DNA of 62,520 bases, filler included, from 14 parts of 14 records of this genome joined end to end with filler, not necessarily neighbours in it, one strand, 5' to 3'. Counted from the first letter of the whole stretch, positions 48,921 to 61,551 are shown. Translations and numbers: made by a program. Notes: a model not told the origin generated them from the sequence alone.

Positions 48921-49448
48921 NNNNNNNNNNNNNNNNNNNNNNNNNNNNNNNNNNNNNNNNNNNNTTAATTAATTAANNNNNNNNNNNNNNNNNNNNNNNN
49001 NNNNNNNNNNNNNNNNNNNNGTACTAATTTAAAAGACATTTTCATATCATTACCCGGAATTTCCCTTCATGACCCATGAGTCCCTTACAGCTGTAGGTAG
49101 AACGCCAGGTCGCGGCTCGGGCGAGTGTACAGATATGAATTTGAATAGAACTCAAGAGTTTGATCAATGCAGAACGGTCCACGGACTGCGCGGAGCTGGT
49201 GGTTTTTTGCGCACACCATCACCAATTGTGAGTCTGATATAGTGCTGTGGATTGAACCGCGTACCTCCGTACCAGCGCGTGGTGCCTGAGTCCCGCGTCC
49301 GCGCGGCGTTGCGGGCCGGCGGCTCGCCTCGCGCTTAAAGGGGCGGCTCCGTAAGGGCACTTAGCGCCAGTGTACGGGCGTGTTCTAGTCTAGGCACGGT
49401 TTGTTCTAGGCACGCTACCTACAGGGCACGAACGATCGCCGCGCGAGC

Positions 49449-52259
49449 ATGGGCGCGCTGGGCCCAGCTGCGGTCGCAGCCTGCTGTTTTCTCGGCGCCA
49501 CGGTGGCCGGTGCTGACGCTTCGGACATCTATGTCTCACCCAGTGGCTCAGACGCGAGCGGCGACGGCTCCCAGCTCAAGCCGTTCGCGACGCTGCCAAA
49601 AGCACAGGTGCATACTCTGCCGGCGACTCGAGCTGTTCTCTTGGCCACTGAATCAGTATTTTGTCTTGGATTTCTGTGCCACCGTGACTGCTGCTCAAGG
49701 CGTTTGCTGGTCGGAGCAGGCAGCGGCGCGGGCGGCGCTTGGCGATTCCGCGGGGGGCAATGTTACGGTGCACCTAGGGGCCGGCAAGTACTTTCAGCGG
49801 GAACCACTCGTGCTTACTGCGCTGGACTCTGGGCGCAATGGCGGGCGCGTGAGCTGGATCGGGCCGGGGCCTGCCGTAGGGACTGATGCGTCCAGGGCGG
49901 CGGTGGTCCATGGTGGTGTAGCCGTGCCCAGTGGTGGCTGGCAGCGCACCACACCTGGCTCTCCGATCTGGTCTGTAAATGTTTCGACACTTGCACCACG
50001 TTCATGGCGGCCCCCGCCGTCGAGCTCTTTCTCGGCAGCGACGCCACCCGCACCACCTGTGGCGAACGCAACGTACGGTCACTGTGGTACCGTCGAGGTT
50101 GGTCTCGCGTACAGTGGCAATGACCTTGGACCAGTGTTGACCGGTTCGATCGACAAATGCTGCGAGGCTTGTGCGGCCAACCCGAAATGCAAGGCGTGGA
50201 GTTGGTGCAATCTGCCCGACGGCCAACATTGTGGTACGGTTAGTATGCCGGTCGACTGCTACCTTAAGTCGCGCACGCAGCGAGGGACACGGAGTGGAGC
50301 AGCAGCAAACCGGGTGTCTGGAACGCCCGGTGCTGGCTGCCGCCCTGACTACGGACCTCCACCCCCACCGCCGTTGCCTCCCCCCGCTTGGCGATTCTTC
50401 AATTTGCTGGAGAACGGAGAGGCCGCGACGCTGGCTCGAACACCGGACTTTGGCAGTGGTTATCTCAAGGATCTCGGTTGCAAGAATACTGACACGTCAT
50501 TCACCTGCCCACCTGGCGTACTGCCGGCCAACATGTCCCCCGCAGATCTAGGCGTGCAGTGCAACCTCGGGTCCGACTGGTTCACCTCCCTACGACAAGG
50601 GGTGGCCTACAACCCATCGGTAGGCGAGGTCACATTTAGAGCTAAGCAGTCGGGCTTCTCGGCCAACGACAAGATATATGTGCAAGGAGACAAGGCGCTC
50701 ATCTCAGAGCCAGGAGAGTGGGCGCTCGAGTCCGCAACCGGAATGTTGTACCTCTGGCCAAGGGACGAGAGCGCCATGGCGATCGGCAAGGCCGATGTTG
50801 TGGTACCTACTCCGTACACAATGTGTGTATAACTCGTTCTGTCTCTCTCTGGCTCTCTATTTTATGCCAACTTGGTCCGGAGCAGGTACTCACGACACCT
50901 CGGATCTTCGATTTCCAGGGATCCGACTGGGAACAGGGCCTCACCACTGCGATTGACGTTGAGGGCATCGTGCTGAGTGGAAGTGATTTTGCATCTGAAT
51001 ATGTCCTTTTTCGCCGTGGCAACGACACACCACTATCAATGCGAGAGGGCATGGTACGGTTTGAGAACGCTACAGACATCAGTTTCAAAAACTGTGCACT
51101 CCTGGATGCCGGATTTTCTGCATTCTGGTTCCAAGGCAAGTCCCAGAACATCATAGTCGAAGGAAATCGGATCGAGCGACCAGGGTTCTGTGGCGCATAT
51201 CTCCAAGGGATCTATCCAGGTATTCTGTTTTCTACATGCATTGCAGGACAAGAAACTTCTGGCTTCCTCTGACACGATCGTTGCGTTTCGTTTGTGGGTT
51301 AGGCGACACTTGGGCAGGGGGCGATGGAGATGGGACGCAAGGTACTGTGGACGGGACCCCTTCGTGGGGTCCGATCAAGAGCAGTGGTACGTTGTGTCTC
51401 TACAAAGACCTCTGTTGTCTTTGGAACGATCGTATTCCAGTTCAAAGCTGAGGAGATTGTGGTGTGCCAGCCGAGGCATATGTCAATCACGGCCACTCCT
51501 TCAGCAACAATGCTGTCTACGATTATGGAAAGCGTGTCGGTCATGGCTCCGGGTTGTGGTTCTTTCAGGCGGGCAACACCACCGTATCGCACAACGAGAT
51601 CGTGGAGGGTCCACGCGATGCGTTCGGTGTCTATGGCCAACGGTTTGGGTGTTTTGGTCCTGCCGGCGCTGGCTCTTTGACGTGCGGTGAAGACTGCAAC
51701 CATCCTGGGGTTGTGAAGAAACTCTATGGCGAGCCATGCGATTTCTGGTGTGGGCTCCGTGCCTTAACCACACAATGGATCGAGATTAGCTACAACAAGG
51801 TTGCAAACGTTGTGCGCGATACCTCAGACGCTGGTGCTCTGGAGTGATTGACTCCATCCAATAGTCGCGTACAATTCTTCGGTGTGTTGTGAATCGTTTG
51901 TTGACATGGGATTATCGGAGCAGGTACTGGGGAGTGGGCGCGTTCAATAGTGCGCACCACAACTGCTTTTCCGACATGGATCCTGGACTGCTTGCAGGAG
52001 GGTGGCTGAACTTTTTGTTTCAAGATGACGCCGCGCACTACCTAAATCACAGTTCGAACATTTTGATGGAAGTCAAAGCTGCAGGCAGTCAGGAGGCGGG
52101 GATGATGAAGTCAATAGGCTCGGTTTTCGAGAACAACATCGTTGTCGATAGCGTGGTTGGGCATGTGTATCAGCTGACCCCGTACCTTGAGCCTGCAGTG
52201 CGTGCCGCCTCAAAGTATCTCCCCCTCCCTTCTCTGCTGCTGCTGCTGCTGCTGCTGCT
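49449..52259 (+). CDS. Secreted right-handed beta-helix enzyme (GH141-like) with an inserted PAN/Apple domain, 3' truncated
   Basis: Signal peptide; IYVSPSGSD..DGS..PFATLPKAQ; VTVHLGAGKY..PLVLTALDSG; EPGEW..GMLYLWP; beta-helix rungs (IEISYNKVANVVRDTSDAGA). Apple motif YSGNDL..CCEACAANPKCKAWSW..CYLK. Confidence 0.8.
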
Positions 52260-52515
52260 NNNNNNNNNNNNNNNNNNNNNNNNNNNNNNNNNNNNNNNNN
52301 NNNTTAATTAATTAANNNNNNNNNNNNNNNNNNNNNNNNNNNNNNNNNNNNNNNNNNNNGAGGATCTGCAGATCGATCGCCGCGCGCCGGCGGCCCGCGG
52401 AACCGCCGGGAACGACCGCAGGCACCACGCGACCAACCTGGTAACGCTTGGGCTACCGACAGGGGAGCTTGGCTGAGCGACAGCTGGTGAGCTTGTACAG
52501 GCGTTGTGGTCTGCG

Positions 52516-54717
52516 ATGGCGGTGACCGTGCGGCTGGTGGGGCTCGTGGCGATGGGTGTGGGTGCGAACGCGCAACAGCAACAGGCGACGGTGCACCAGA
52601 TCCTGGACTCGACGTGCAACGAGCTACGGAACGTGCCACGGATGGCAGTTCCGCTCCTCACGAGGGAAGGCGAGCTGGGCATCACCACTGGGACCTGCGA
52701 ATCCGTGGGTTTTACGGTAGCCATTGGCGAGACGACAATGTCGCTTCCTGTTCAGACTGTCATCCTCGGCCTACCCACCAGTTTGCCAGTTTCTATGTAC
52801 GCACGAACTGGCAGCAAACTTTGTGGCGCTGATTCGATGGCCAGCCTTACGGCGTCATGCTCGGCCTTCACCTCAATGGACGCGGACGGGATCTGCGGGT
52901 CTCAGTGCCACCGTGTGGCCCAGCAGTTCACCGACCGCGCTGCCGATTGCGTCGTCCCCGGCCAGGTGCGCGAGATGCTCAACGTCGTGACGGCGTCGTG
53001 CTCTGGAGAGACCACCATTGGCGTCGACGCGCCAGTCGACGGTGTGCGCGTCGGTGCTGGTGGACGCTGCGCAATTGGCCGCTGCCAAAGGGGTGGAGCG
53101 TGCCCACGCTGCACGCATGGACTCACGTGCGTGGCATCCGGAGATGTCAATTGCGATGGTGCTTGCTTCGGTTCGTGTCAGGCACCAACTGACTCGGGTT
53201 GCAGGACATGTGGCCAGCTCGGTTGGATTGCCAACACATGTGGCGAGGGAGGCGAGTGTCATGGAGATCAGCAAGGCACGAGCTTGCCTGACGTATGTGG
53301 CGAGTCGGACGCGAGTGGGCTCACTTGCGTGAACTCTGTCAACCAGGCCGAAGCACAAGAAATGTGCACAGCCATTGGCGCGCGTCTCTGTACCGCAGAA
53401 GAACTTTACACCTACGGCGAGTCTTCGGGCACCGGCTGCATGCACGATCGCCGCCTGATCTGGTCGAGTAGCTCTTCTCTGGTTCCTGAGAATCTCAACT
53501 GTGGTCCATACGAAAAGGTCGTCGTCACGGGTGGCATGTACAACGCAGAACAGCCTGGTCTTGCGCCCACCTGCATGAATGTGCAGGAGAGTGGCGCGGC
53601 TCTCCGCTGCTGCGCTGATACCGTATGCAATCGGCCAGACAGCACGCTTCGATCTGTCGCCACCAGCACGCCCGAAATATCAGCATTCACTGCGCTCATG
53701 GCGGCCAACTTGGACGATGTACTCGACACCCACGGCCCGTTTACCATCCTTGCTCCAAGCAATAGTGCCATGGCCGGGGCGGCTGGTGCTCGACTTGCAC
53801 GGCTCTCGAACGGAGATCTCCGTGACCACCTCAAGTATCACGTAATCAGTGGCGAGGTCCTCTCAGATCACCTCTCCAATAACGCCCACATCGAGACTTT
53901 CGATCACGGCGCCACAGTGATGGTGCGCGTTTCTGACGCCGCTGGCGTTACCATCATCGGCGGCCCGGGGTCACAGGCCAGAGTGATCCAGTCAGACATC
54001 GCAGCCTCCAATGGGGTCATTCACATAATCGACAGCGTGCTCGAGCCACCCACCCCTGGGGCTCGGCAGCAGATCCCTTGCGCTACTTGCAGCGACTTAG
54101 GATGGGACCCAAACAATTGTGGCGAGCGCCAGTGCCGACCAGGCCAAGGCAATCCCAACGTGTGTGGTGAGAGTGACGACGGCTTCACTTGCCAGAACTC
54201 GATCACGTACGAACGCGCCGAGAGCGCTTGCGGAAACTTCGGAGCGCGTCTCTGCACCGCTGATGAGCTCATGGGTGGTGAGGCTGAAGGCACAGGCTGC
54301 GGTCACGACTTTCGGTACGTCTGGAGTTCATCGACAAGTGTGCGAGTTCCAGCAGACCTCGCGCCCGACAGTGACAACGGAAATATTGTCTGCCCGGATG
54401 GACAAAAGGTGGTCGTGCTTGGAAACCAAGGTCCGGGTGGCGGAGGTTCGCTCACAGTCGAAGGTCGCACGTTCACAGATGTCGCACACTGCCAATCGGT
54501 ATGCCATGATTGTCTGCAATGCAGTTGATCACCTCTCTTGGCGTTTTGTTCTGGAAAATTATGGGTGCTTTTGAATCACTATCACGCCACCGTGGCGTGA
54601 TTTTGACTTACATGACTCAATTTCTTGGCGGATCAGGTCAATCCCCGCACAGACGGTCAGCCTTCGCTGCGGTGCTGTGCCGACACGGTCTGCTCGGCAC
54701 CTGGGTCAGGTCACTAA
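52516..54717 (+). CDS. Secreted Cys-rich protein with a fasciclin (FAS1) domain between two Cys-rich repeats, ending in GSGH (687 aa)
   Basis: Signal peptide; FAS1 GPFTILAPSNSA..LKYHVI..ASNGVIHIIDSVL; two copies of CxxLGW..VCGESD..GARLCTAxEL..TGCxHD..WS..LRCCADTVC. Intron 54499-54636. Confidence 0.9.
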
Positions 54718-54918
54718 ACGACACAGCTGCGAAATTTGGCCAAAGCGTCAAAACCGACATGATTGTGTCAACACCAATTGTGAGGCGCTGCCATGAGCAA
54801 TGATGTGATGAAATGAAAGAAACATGCGCTTGGCAGAAGCAGAATGACAAATCAGCTGGTGCAATATATTGGCGTCCAGGCCACACGGCAAGTTGTGTTC
54901 TAGCGTAGATAGCCAGCT

Positions 54919-57900
54919 TTACATAGACGTCATGCCACTAGAAGTAATCGCGCCTCCGTTGCTCCAGCTCTGGCCTGCAGCTGCCTGCAGCTGGTTGCGA
55001 AGCTCCTGATTTGCCTCAAACCGCTCCGCCTTGAACTGTTCCGCCGCGTCGCGCTTCGATTTGGCCGCCCGTGATGCTTTGCGCCGCCTCTGCTTGAGCT
55101 CGGCCTCAGCTGTGGCCAACTGCGAGCGCGCAACGGTGCAAGCTTGCTGCCACTGCTCTGCTGATGCACGCGCAGTGGCCAGCTGGCCCTTGAGCCGTGT
55201 GATTTCGTCTGCATGTGCATCTCTCGCCACCGCCAAGACGTTGCGAAGCCGATCTCGTTCTTCTAGCAGGCCGCCTAGCGCGATGGCAGAGGCGGGGCTG
55301 CTCGAAACCGCAACTGCGGGCTTAGGCGACAGGCTGTGGCGGCTTCGATCTCCTTGCCGGCCCCCCTCAACCCCAGTGCCAGCTGCCTGCTCAGCATTAG
55401 TGACTACATGCTGCTTGCGACGTATTCCACCCCGCGTCGTGCTGTCGCCACTGTGGTTTTGTCTAGTGTTACTCTTTAAGTTGTCATCGCGTTGGGACGC
55501 TGGTCGCCGATGCCCTTTGCCCAGATCTGGAGTGCCCGATCGGCCAGTGGATGCGGTTCCGAAAGTTGCTCCTGGGCCACGCCCCCATGAAACTCCTCCC
55601 TTCCGGTAGTCCCCGTCAACTTGCGCACGTGGTGGACTAACACTGCTAGCACGCATTCTGGGATGAGCATCAACAGTGCGTGCACGAGGCGTCGCATTTT
55701 GGTCGACATGGATGCCACTGTCACTGTTCCGTCGGCGCCTTGTGACTGAAGTCGATGTCGACTCGTCCGATGCGCTTGTGGCTCGCGCGAGTTGCTTTCG
55801 CAGTGATGAAATCCGTGCACGTTGCTTTTCAATTGTTTGGCGCGCTGACGCGAGCTCCGTGCGTGCAGTTCCGGACGCCTCACTCTCCACCGCAACAGTA
55901 GCGCTCAGTGCTGCGACTGTCGACTGCAGCTCTGTGTTGTCAGAGGTCAACAACTCAAGCTCGGCGCTCAGCGCCGCCGCCTGCTCCTCCACTGATTGCA
56001 GTTCCACCCGAAGAGCAGCAGCAGACACTTTTTCGCGTTCTGCTTCTTCATTGTGAGCACTATTTTCTCTCTCGTGTAGCGCGGCGTTAGCCAACTCCAA
56101 AGCACTATCTAGCTCCTTCCGCAGCTTCGCTTCTGTGGCCAAAGATACAGCGGAAACCGACTCGGCCTTTTCTGATGCAGCATTTTCACCTCGTTTTGCG
56201 TCTTCGACTGTTGCACGCAGCTGCGCTGCCTCTTGTTGTAGCGAAGCGAGCGACTCTCTCAGTGCCAGGTTTTCATCGCGCTGAAACTCGATGGCATTGT
56301 CCACCTCGGCTGTGATTTGTTCATCAATGTTCTTCTGCAATCGACCCAGTGTCTCAGACAGCTGCTCGGATAGTTGCTGTCTAACCATCAACTCTTGGCG
56401 CAATTGGGATGCCTCTGATTTTGCAGCCACTAAGTGTTGCTCTAGAGCAGCCTCTCCAGCCCGTGCATCATTCAATGCACCCTCAGCAAGCACACGCTTG
56501 GCACGCTGCATGTGATTCTGCTCCACTGCCGTGGAATCACCGTGAAGTGGAGGTCTCGTCCCGGCAAGACGCTCTATGGGGGCATCTTGTACGTATCCAC
56601 TGTGTTCTTGGTCTACCTGCGTACCAACCTCGATACCGGCATCTCGAACAGCGTGTGCAGCCTGACTTGCATCTGCCTCTATTGCTGCTGTCTCTGCGGC
56701 CTCGGTCGCAGCGTGCTCAGCCTCGAGAGCGGACTGCAGCTGGGCTGCAGCTGCCTCTGCTTTCTGCTGGACAACCAGCGTCCTAGCTGCAGTCGCCTCC
56801 GCCACTTCCTTCTCCAGTTCAGCCTGACACATTGCCAGCTGCTGCGCACTGTTTCTCGCTCGTGCTCGAAGCAGTAATAGCTCAGCGTCGACCGCATCTT
56901 GATTTTGCTGGCGAAGCTGTTGAGCTGCCATAACGGCCTCCCGCAACTCTTCTTCTGCCCTTCGTTGTGCATCTCTGGCCTCCTCTGCAATAGCATTCAG
57001 AGCCATCCGTTCCACTGTAGCTGTACGGCCAGCATCATCGAGGTCGCGCTGCACCCGCACCGCCGCGTCTTGGGCATCCGACGCCTCCGTCTTGGCCACC
57101 TGTACCGCAAGACGTAGATCCGCTACCTGCTCGTCTTTCTCACTCAGGGCAATATCGTGTTCTGCTGCGACACGCTCTGCTCTCTGCGCAGCTTCTTTGG
57201 CAACAGTCTCCTTTTCACGCTCTGCGGCTGCCAGCTGCTTGCGCAGCTTGTCTGCCGCCTTAACCAGCTGCTCTTGAACTTTAGTTTTCTCGCGGCCTGC
57301 CGCAGTACTATGCTCTCGAATCAGCCGATCTCGTTCTGCTTCCCACTGCCTTTCAAGAGCTGCACTTGCCGCGGCAGCCTCTGCCGCAGCGCGATTCTTT
57401 GTGTCTCGCATCGTCCCCAATTCAGTGGTAAGGGATTCAAGCTCTGCGCGACTGCGTGATACCTCACGCCCGTGCTCAGCTGCCATCTCCTCTGCCCTCT
57501 TGTCTGACCGTGACACAGTATCTCGCAACCGTGCCATTTCAGCCTCGAGCGCTTCACACGCGCTCGCCGCGCTGTCCCGACTTTGTGTGAGTTCACACTC
57601 TAGTTCGGCAATGCGTTGCTTTGAGTGTTCTGTATCGCATTCACTCTCGGCAAGCTTGGCTCTAGTTCTGCCGAGCTCGATATGTTGAGCATCCAGCTCT
57701 GCGGTGCGCTGCGCAAGAGACTCGGCACTGCGAGCATCGCTCGCGTGGTGCTGCTGTAGCTGTACGATCTGTGTGCGCAGCTGACTCTCAGTCGACTGCG
57801 TGGCCTGACGCAGGGCCTCCACGGCTGCCTCTGCATCTTGCCGGCCTCGCTCAGCTCGTGTTCTGAGGTCTTTCTCTGCGGCGACGGCCGCAACTGCGCG

Positions 57901-58536
57901 GTCTCGCTCCTCGGTAAGCTGACCCAGCTGACGCGTCTGTTTCTCACTCGTCTCAAGCAGCGCTGCGTAAGCCGCATCGGCCTGTCGACTCTCATTCTCC
58001 AGCTCCTGCAGATCGCGCAGGTACGCGGCAGCATCTTCGCTCGCTTGTGCGCAGCGGCGTTCTAATTTCGCATTGACTGCCTGCTGCGCTGCCAGCCGCT
58101 CCGCTAGTGCATAGTTCTCTTCCTCCAGCCGTACCATCCGGCTCGCCACCGGTGATGTCGTCGTGCGCGGGCCGGGCAAGCTCGCAGCGTGGCTTGCTGG
58201 CGGCGTGACTGTGCTACCCAGCCCGAACGACGCCTCGAGCTCGTCCCGAACGACAGTCAGTGCCGCACGCTGCCTGAAATCAAGCCGCGCCGCCTCAGAC
58301 CTCAGCGCGGTCGAGTCCGTCGGCGTCGAAGGCCGTCGATGTCCTGTCGGTGGCGCTGCTCGCACGCCGGCTGGCGGCTGTGTATCCGCCTGCCTGTCCT
58401 CGTCCTCCTCCTCCTCGGACGAGCTGCTGTCCTCGCGAGCCCTGGCGGCGACTCTCTTGCGCGCGGACAACGAGAGCGCTCTCCCATGGCCGTGGCTCCG
58501 CATCCACGGGCCCCTGGCGCTCAGAATGCACTCCAC
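54919..58536 (-). CDS. Long intronless coiled-coil protein (about 1200 aa)
   Basis: Uninterrupted ORF with A/E/R/Q-rich heptads. The first ATG is at 58503. Confidence 0.8.
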   Translation of the reverse strand: MECILSARGPWMRSHGHGRALSLSARKRVAARAREDSSSSEEEEDEDRQADTQPPAGVRAAPPTGHRRPSTPTDSTALRSEAARLDFRQRAALTVVRDELEASFGLGSTVTPPASHAASLPGPRTTTSPVASRMVRLEEENYALAERLAAQQAVNAKLERRCAQASEDAAAYLRDLQELENESRQADAAYAALLETSEKQTRQLGQLTEERDRAVAAVAAEKDLRTRAERGRQDAEAAVEALRQATQSTESQLRTQIVQLQQHHASDARSAESLAQRTAELDAQHIELGRTRAKLAESECDTEHSKQRIAELECELTQSRDSAASACEALEAEMARLRDTVSRSDKRAEEMAAEHGREVSRSRAELESLTTELGTMRDTKNRAAAEAAAASAALERQWEAERDRLIREHSTAAGREKTKVQEQLVKAADKLRKQLAAAEREKETVAKEAAQRAERVAAEHDIALSEKDEQVADLRLAVQVAKTEASDAQDAAVRVQRDLDDAGRTATVERMALNAIAEEARDAQRRAEEELREAVMAAQQLRQQNQDAVDAELLLLRARARNSAQQLAMCQAELEKEVAEATAARTLVVQQKAEAAAAQLQSALEAEHAATEAAETAAIEADASQAAHAVRDAGIEVGTQVDQEHSGYVQDAPIERLAGTRPPLHGDSTAVEQNHMQRAKRVLAEGALNDARAGEAALEQHLVAAKSEASQLRQELMVRQQLSEQLSETLGRLQKNIDEQITAEVDNAIEFQRDENLALRESLASLQQEAAQLRATVEDAKRGENAASEKAESVSAVSLATEAKLRKELDSALELANAALHERENSAHNEEAEREKVSAAALRVELQSVEEQAAALSAELELLTSDNTELQSTVAALSATVAVESEASGTARTELASARQTIEKQRARISSLRKQLARATSASDESTSTSVTRRRRNSDSGIHVDQNATPRARTVDAHPRMRASSVSPPRAQVDGDYRKGGVSWGRGPGATFGTASTGRSGTPDLGKGHRRPASQRDDNLKSNTRQNHSGDSTTRGGIRRKQHVVTNAEQAAGTGVEGGRQGDRSRHSLSPKPAVAVSSSPASAIALGGLLEERDRLRNVLAVARDAHADEITRLKGQLATARASAEQWQQACTVARSQLATAEAELKQRRRKASRAAKSKRDAAEQFKAERFEANQELRNQLQAAAGQSWSNGGAITSSGMTSM

Positions 58537-58702
58537 AGACGGAGTCAGAACCTTGGGATTTCAGTAGTGCTCTTCGATAAAATGCCGCAACTCGAGGTGG
58601 NNNNNNNNNNNNNNNNNNNNNNNNNNNNNNNNNNNNNNNNNNNNTTAATTAATTAANNNNNNNNNNNNNNNNNNNNNNNNNNNNNNNNNNNNNNNNNNNN
58701 CG

Positions 58703-58900
58703 GAGCCAGAGCCGGAGCCGGAGCCGGAGCAATCCGCGAAGATTGTGCTGCGCTTGGACGTGGAACCGCGAACTCGAACAACATATAACTTGGAACAGAT
58801 AAAGAATGCAACAACTGGATCGATACACACTGTGTGGCCGGTTCAGTCGTTGTTGCTGGCGGTGGTGGCAATGGTCGTGGCGGTGTACTATGTGAACTAA
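58703..58900 (+). CDS. 3' fragment of a tail-anchored membrane protein with an (EP)n tract
   Basis: EPEPEPEPEQSAK...QSLLLAVVAMVVAVYYVN-stop. It is missing from the ORF track because it has no start codon. Confidence 0.6.
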   Translation, partial: EPEPEPEPEQSAKIVLRLDVEPRTRTTYNLEQIKNATTGSIHTVWPVQSLLLAVVAMVVAVYYVN

Positions 58901-59033
58901 ATGCTTGTTTCTCCATTCTAGTCCACATTTAATACACACTTTAGGGAAGTGAATATCAAAGTGCTGGTCGGCGATCAGGCAGCTGAAGAGAGTATACCTT
59001 GATAACGAGGTGCAAGCGCAAACCCATTTTACT

Positions 59034-61551
59034 TTACTGGGACGACGAGACAGCTCCTGGTATAACTTGTGCAGCGCTATAGAAGAGCGTTGGGAGCAAT
59101 CGGTGAAAGGCTGCTCGCCTCTCGTGTTGCTCCCGCTGCTCCGCATAGAGGTGTGCTTCTGGATACAACTCGCGCCGACTGTCGACAGCCACGATTAGCT
59201 TGAGAAGAGCACGCTCCAACATTCTCACACGACGGATAACGTCATACGGCGGATACGGTGTCGTCGGTGATGTGGTCTCTAATGAACCCATGGTGTTAGG
59301 ATTGCACGTGGAGAGTCTGTCGTAGAGCTCCGCAAGCCCAACGAATGCTTGAGCAAAGGGAGTACTGTCTGCCATTGCAGAGCTCTGCAAGCCCTCGGAT
59401 AATGGCCCAATCCTCAGGACAAACTCAGAGTAGCTGAGAACGTTTGCCTGGAAGTGTTGCTCCCAGTTCGCGGCCTTGAAGCCTTGAGTGTTCGGATCGT
59501 TGGTCCGTGGGTTGATATCGCGTAGCATTACCTCGCCCATCAATCCTGACCATAGACCAAAGGCAGTGTTCAGCTTCATCATCAACTCGATACCGAGTCA
59601 CTGAATCAATTCAAAACACAAGGAGTGCAGGGGTGGCACATACGCAGTTCCAGCGAGCTGAGGCGATAATCTTCTCCACAAACAACCTCAGTTTTCTCGT
59701 CCTTATATGTGGCACAATCCGCTACATTAGTTTGCGTAACATCGTTCTCGTCCTCTACTGATGGCTCTATTGGTGCAAGAGCTCGGACAGAACCACCTCT
59801 GTGCTCTCCTAGCGTCGCAAGCTGGTGTCTGCGCTCCGTCATACGTCGCCGTTGCTCCACTTCCTCAGCCTCCTCAGCGTCTGAAATAACACTTGCAAAT
59901 CCGGAGGGTGTTTCATCTCGTAGCACGGTAGCCATAGAGCTGAGCGATGCAGACGGTGCTGGTCTTCGTTCGATGGCTGAGGTAGATGGGAGGGTCCTGG
60001 CAGTGCTACACTGTTCGTCGCTAGAATCGCTACAGTTGCTATTGGTTTGCTCTGTAAGACCGTCATCAGTGACCACTGCGGCGGCAATTGTGCCTGCAGC
60101 CTTAGCTCCAGGCCGAGGTGAACTGGACTTGCACACATTGGTGTGATGAGCAGAGTTAGTGGACACGCCAGCTGCAAGCCAGAATACTGGTGCTGACTGG
60201 TGCGCTCCCGATATCGGATCCTCTTCTATTGGACATCCACCGTCGCAAACCAGTGTGCCATCTTTCTCTCGCTTCAGGCGGTCGGTATCTCGCACGAACT
60301 TCATCACCTTACCGTCAGCAAGAAGGCCGCGCCAAATGTGTACAACATCGTTGCGCTCAAGCTGCTTCATGGGGCCTGCGCCTGCATCAGTGTCGTGCTG
60401 ACGGTTGACGGCTTCGGCTCTGGAGCGGTAGACGACTGGCAACGGTCCAAGACATGGATCTACTCCTGCTAGCCAGAACTCTACCCACTCATCCCCACCG
60501 CCAACGCTATCTGTTGAAGAATTCCGCAGACCACCTGCCGTCTCCCGTTCCCGGTCTGCCACATTGGAGCCACCCACTGTGCGGCGAAAGAACTGTCTGA
60601 TTGCCTGAAAGAACCGTTTATCCCTCCCCACCGAGGAATCACTGCGAGAGGAATCCTGCTGGGAAGAAGCACTGTCCACAGTGCTACTCAGGTCTGCCTC
60701 ACCACCCACGGCGCGGATCTCTTTGTCTCTGAGGACTCGGTCACTGTCGCGTACCAGCGGCTCCGACAACGCATCGCTGACTACTCGCACTTCTTGCATG
60801 TACCGCGAATCGGTGGTTCGGTGCACAAAACGACGCAATTCTTCCTGCCACGCAAGATACTCGCCAAACAAAAAGAGCAGCTCGTGTTTCGCCTTCGAGT
60901 GAGATGTCTGCCGCTTCGGGTCGTCTACTGCGGCACCAGCGCTCTTACGCTGACTGTATGCGTGACCTTCGTCAAGAATTTGTCGCAGTCGGCAGTGCAG
61001 GTTGAATGCCGCGATCACCAGTGGTAGCGTGTGCATCGACGCCGTCTCCTTCGATTTGCGAGCCTCTACGCTCTCTGCCAAAAAGCTCTCGACCACCTCG
61101 CCGGCCAGATTCGGCAAGCCCAGCAGCTGCAACGGAATGTGAATGGTGGGCTGAACGATGTGCCGCAGCAGCAATTGGACAGCCTGCCTCGCCGCATCGC
61201 TCTCGGAGCGCAGCACCCGCTGCGCAAGCCAGCTCGCGCCGATCAGGTACACCAGCACCTGCTCCGACCAAATGATTTCTTGCTCAGATGCCTCTGAACA
61301 GACTGGTGCAGAGCCAGCGCGTTTCCAGTCTCTTGATCTGATATCCATCTGCAAGATAGCTGGCAAGAATCGAAGGATTGAGAGGAGTTGCGTACGCGCC
61401 ACCACTGCCTTGGTGCTAGCGCCGCTCTCCACAGCGTGTGCAGTAGTCCAGATTCAGGGACGGCTTCAGTGGCAGCCGTGACGAGCATCGCCCTCTGCTC
61501 CGGCGAGAGCGAAAGGAGAGTGTTCGTCGCCATGCTGTTCAGCGAGTTCAT
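59034..61551 (-). CDS. Hypothetical protein (helical, with a disordered middle); weak VPS9-like C-terminal resemblance
   Basis: A 47-nt intron 61395-61349 joins MNSLNSMATN.. to the 608-aa ORF. Further introns near 59640 and 59530 lead to the 183-aa ORF (HRLLPTLFY). Confidence 0.6.

Noticed and set aside
38500-52259. Sulfatase, GH54 and beta-helix enzyme as a polysaccharide utilisation cluster; TIR and NMNAT as a linked system
   Set aside because: These genes are on different contigs joined artificially, so their proximity carries no information.
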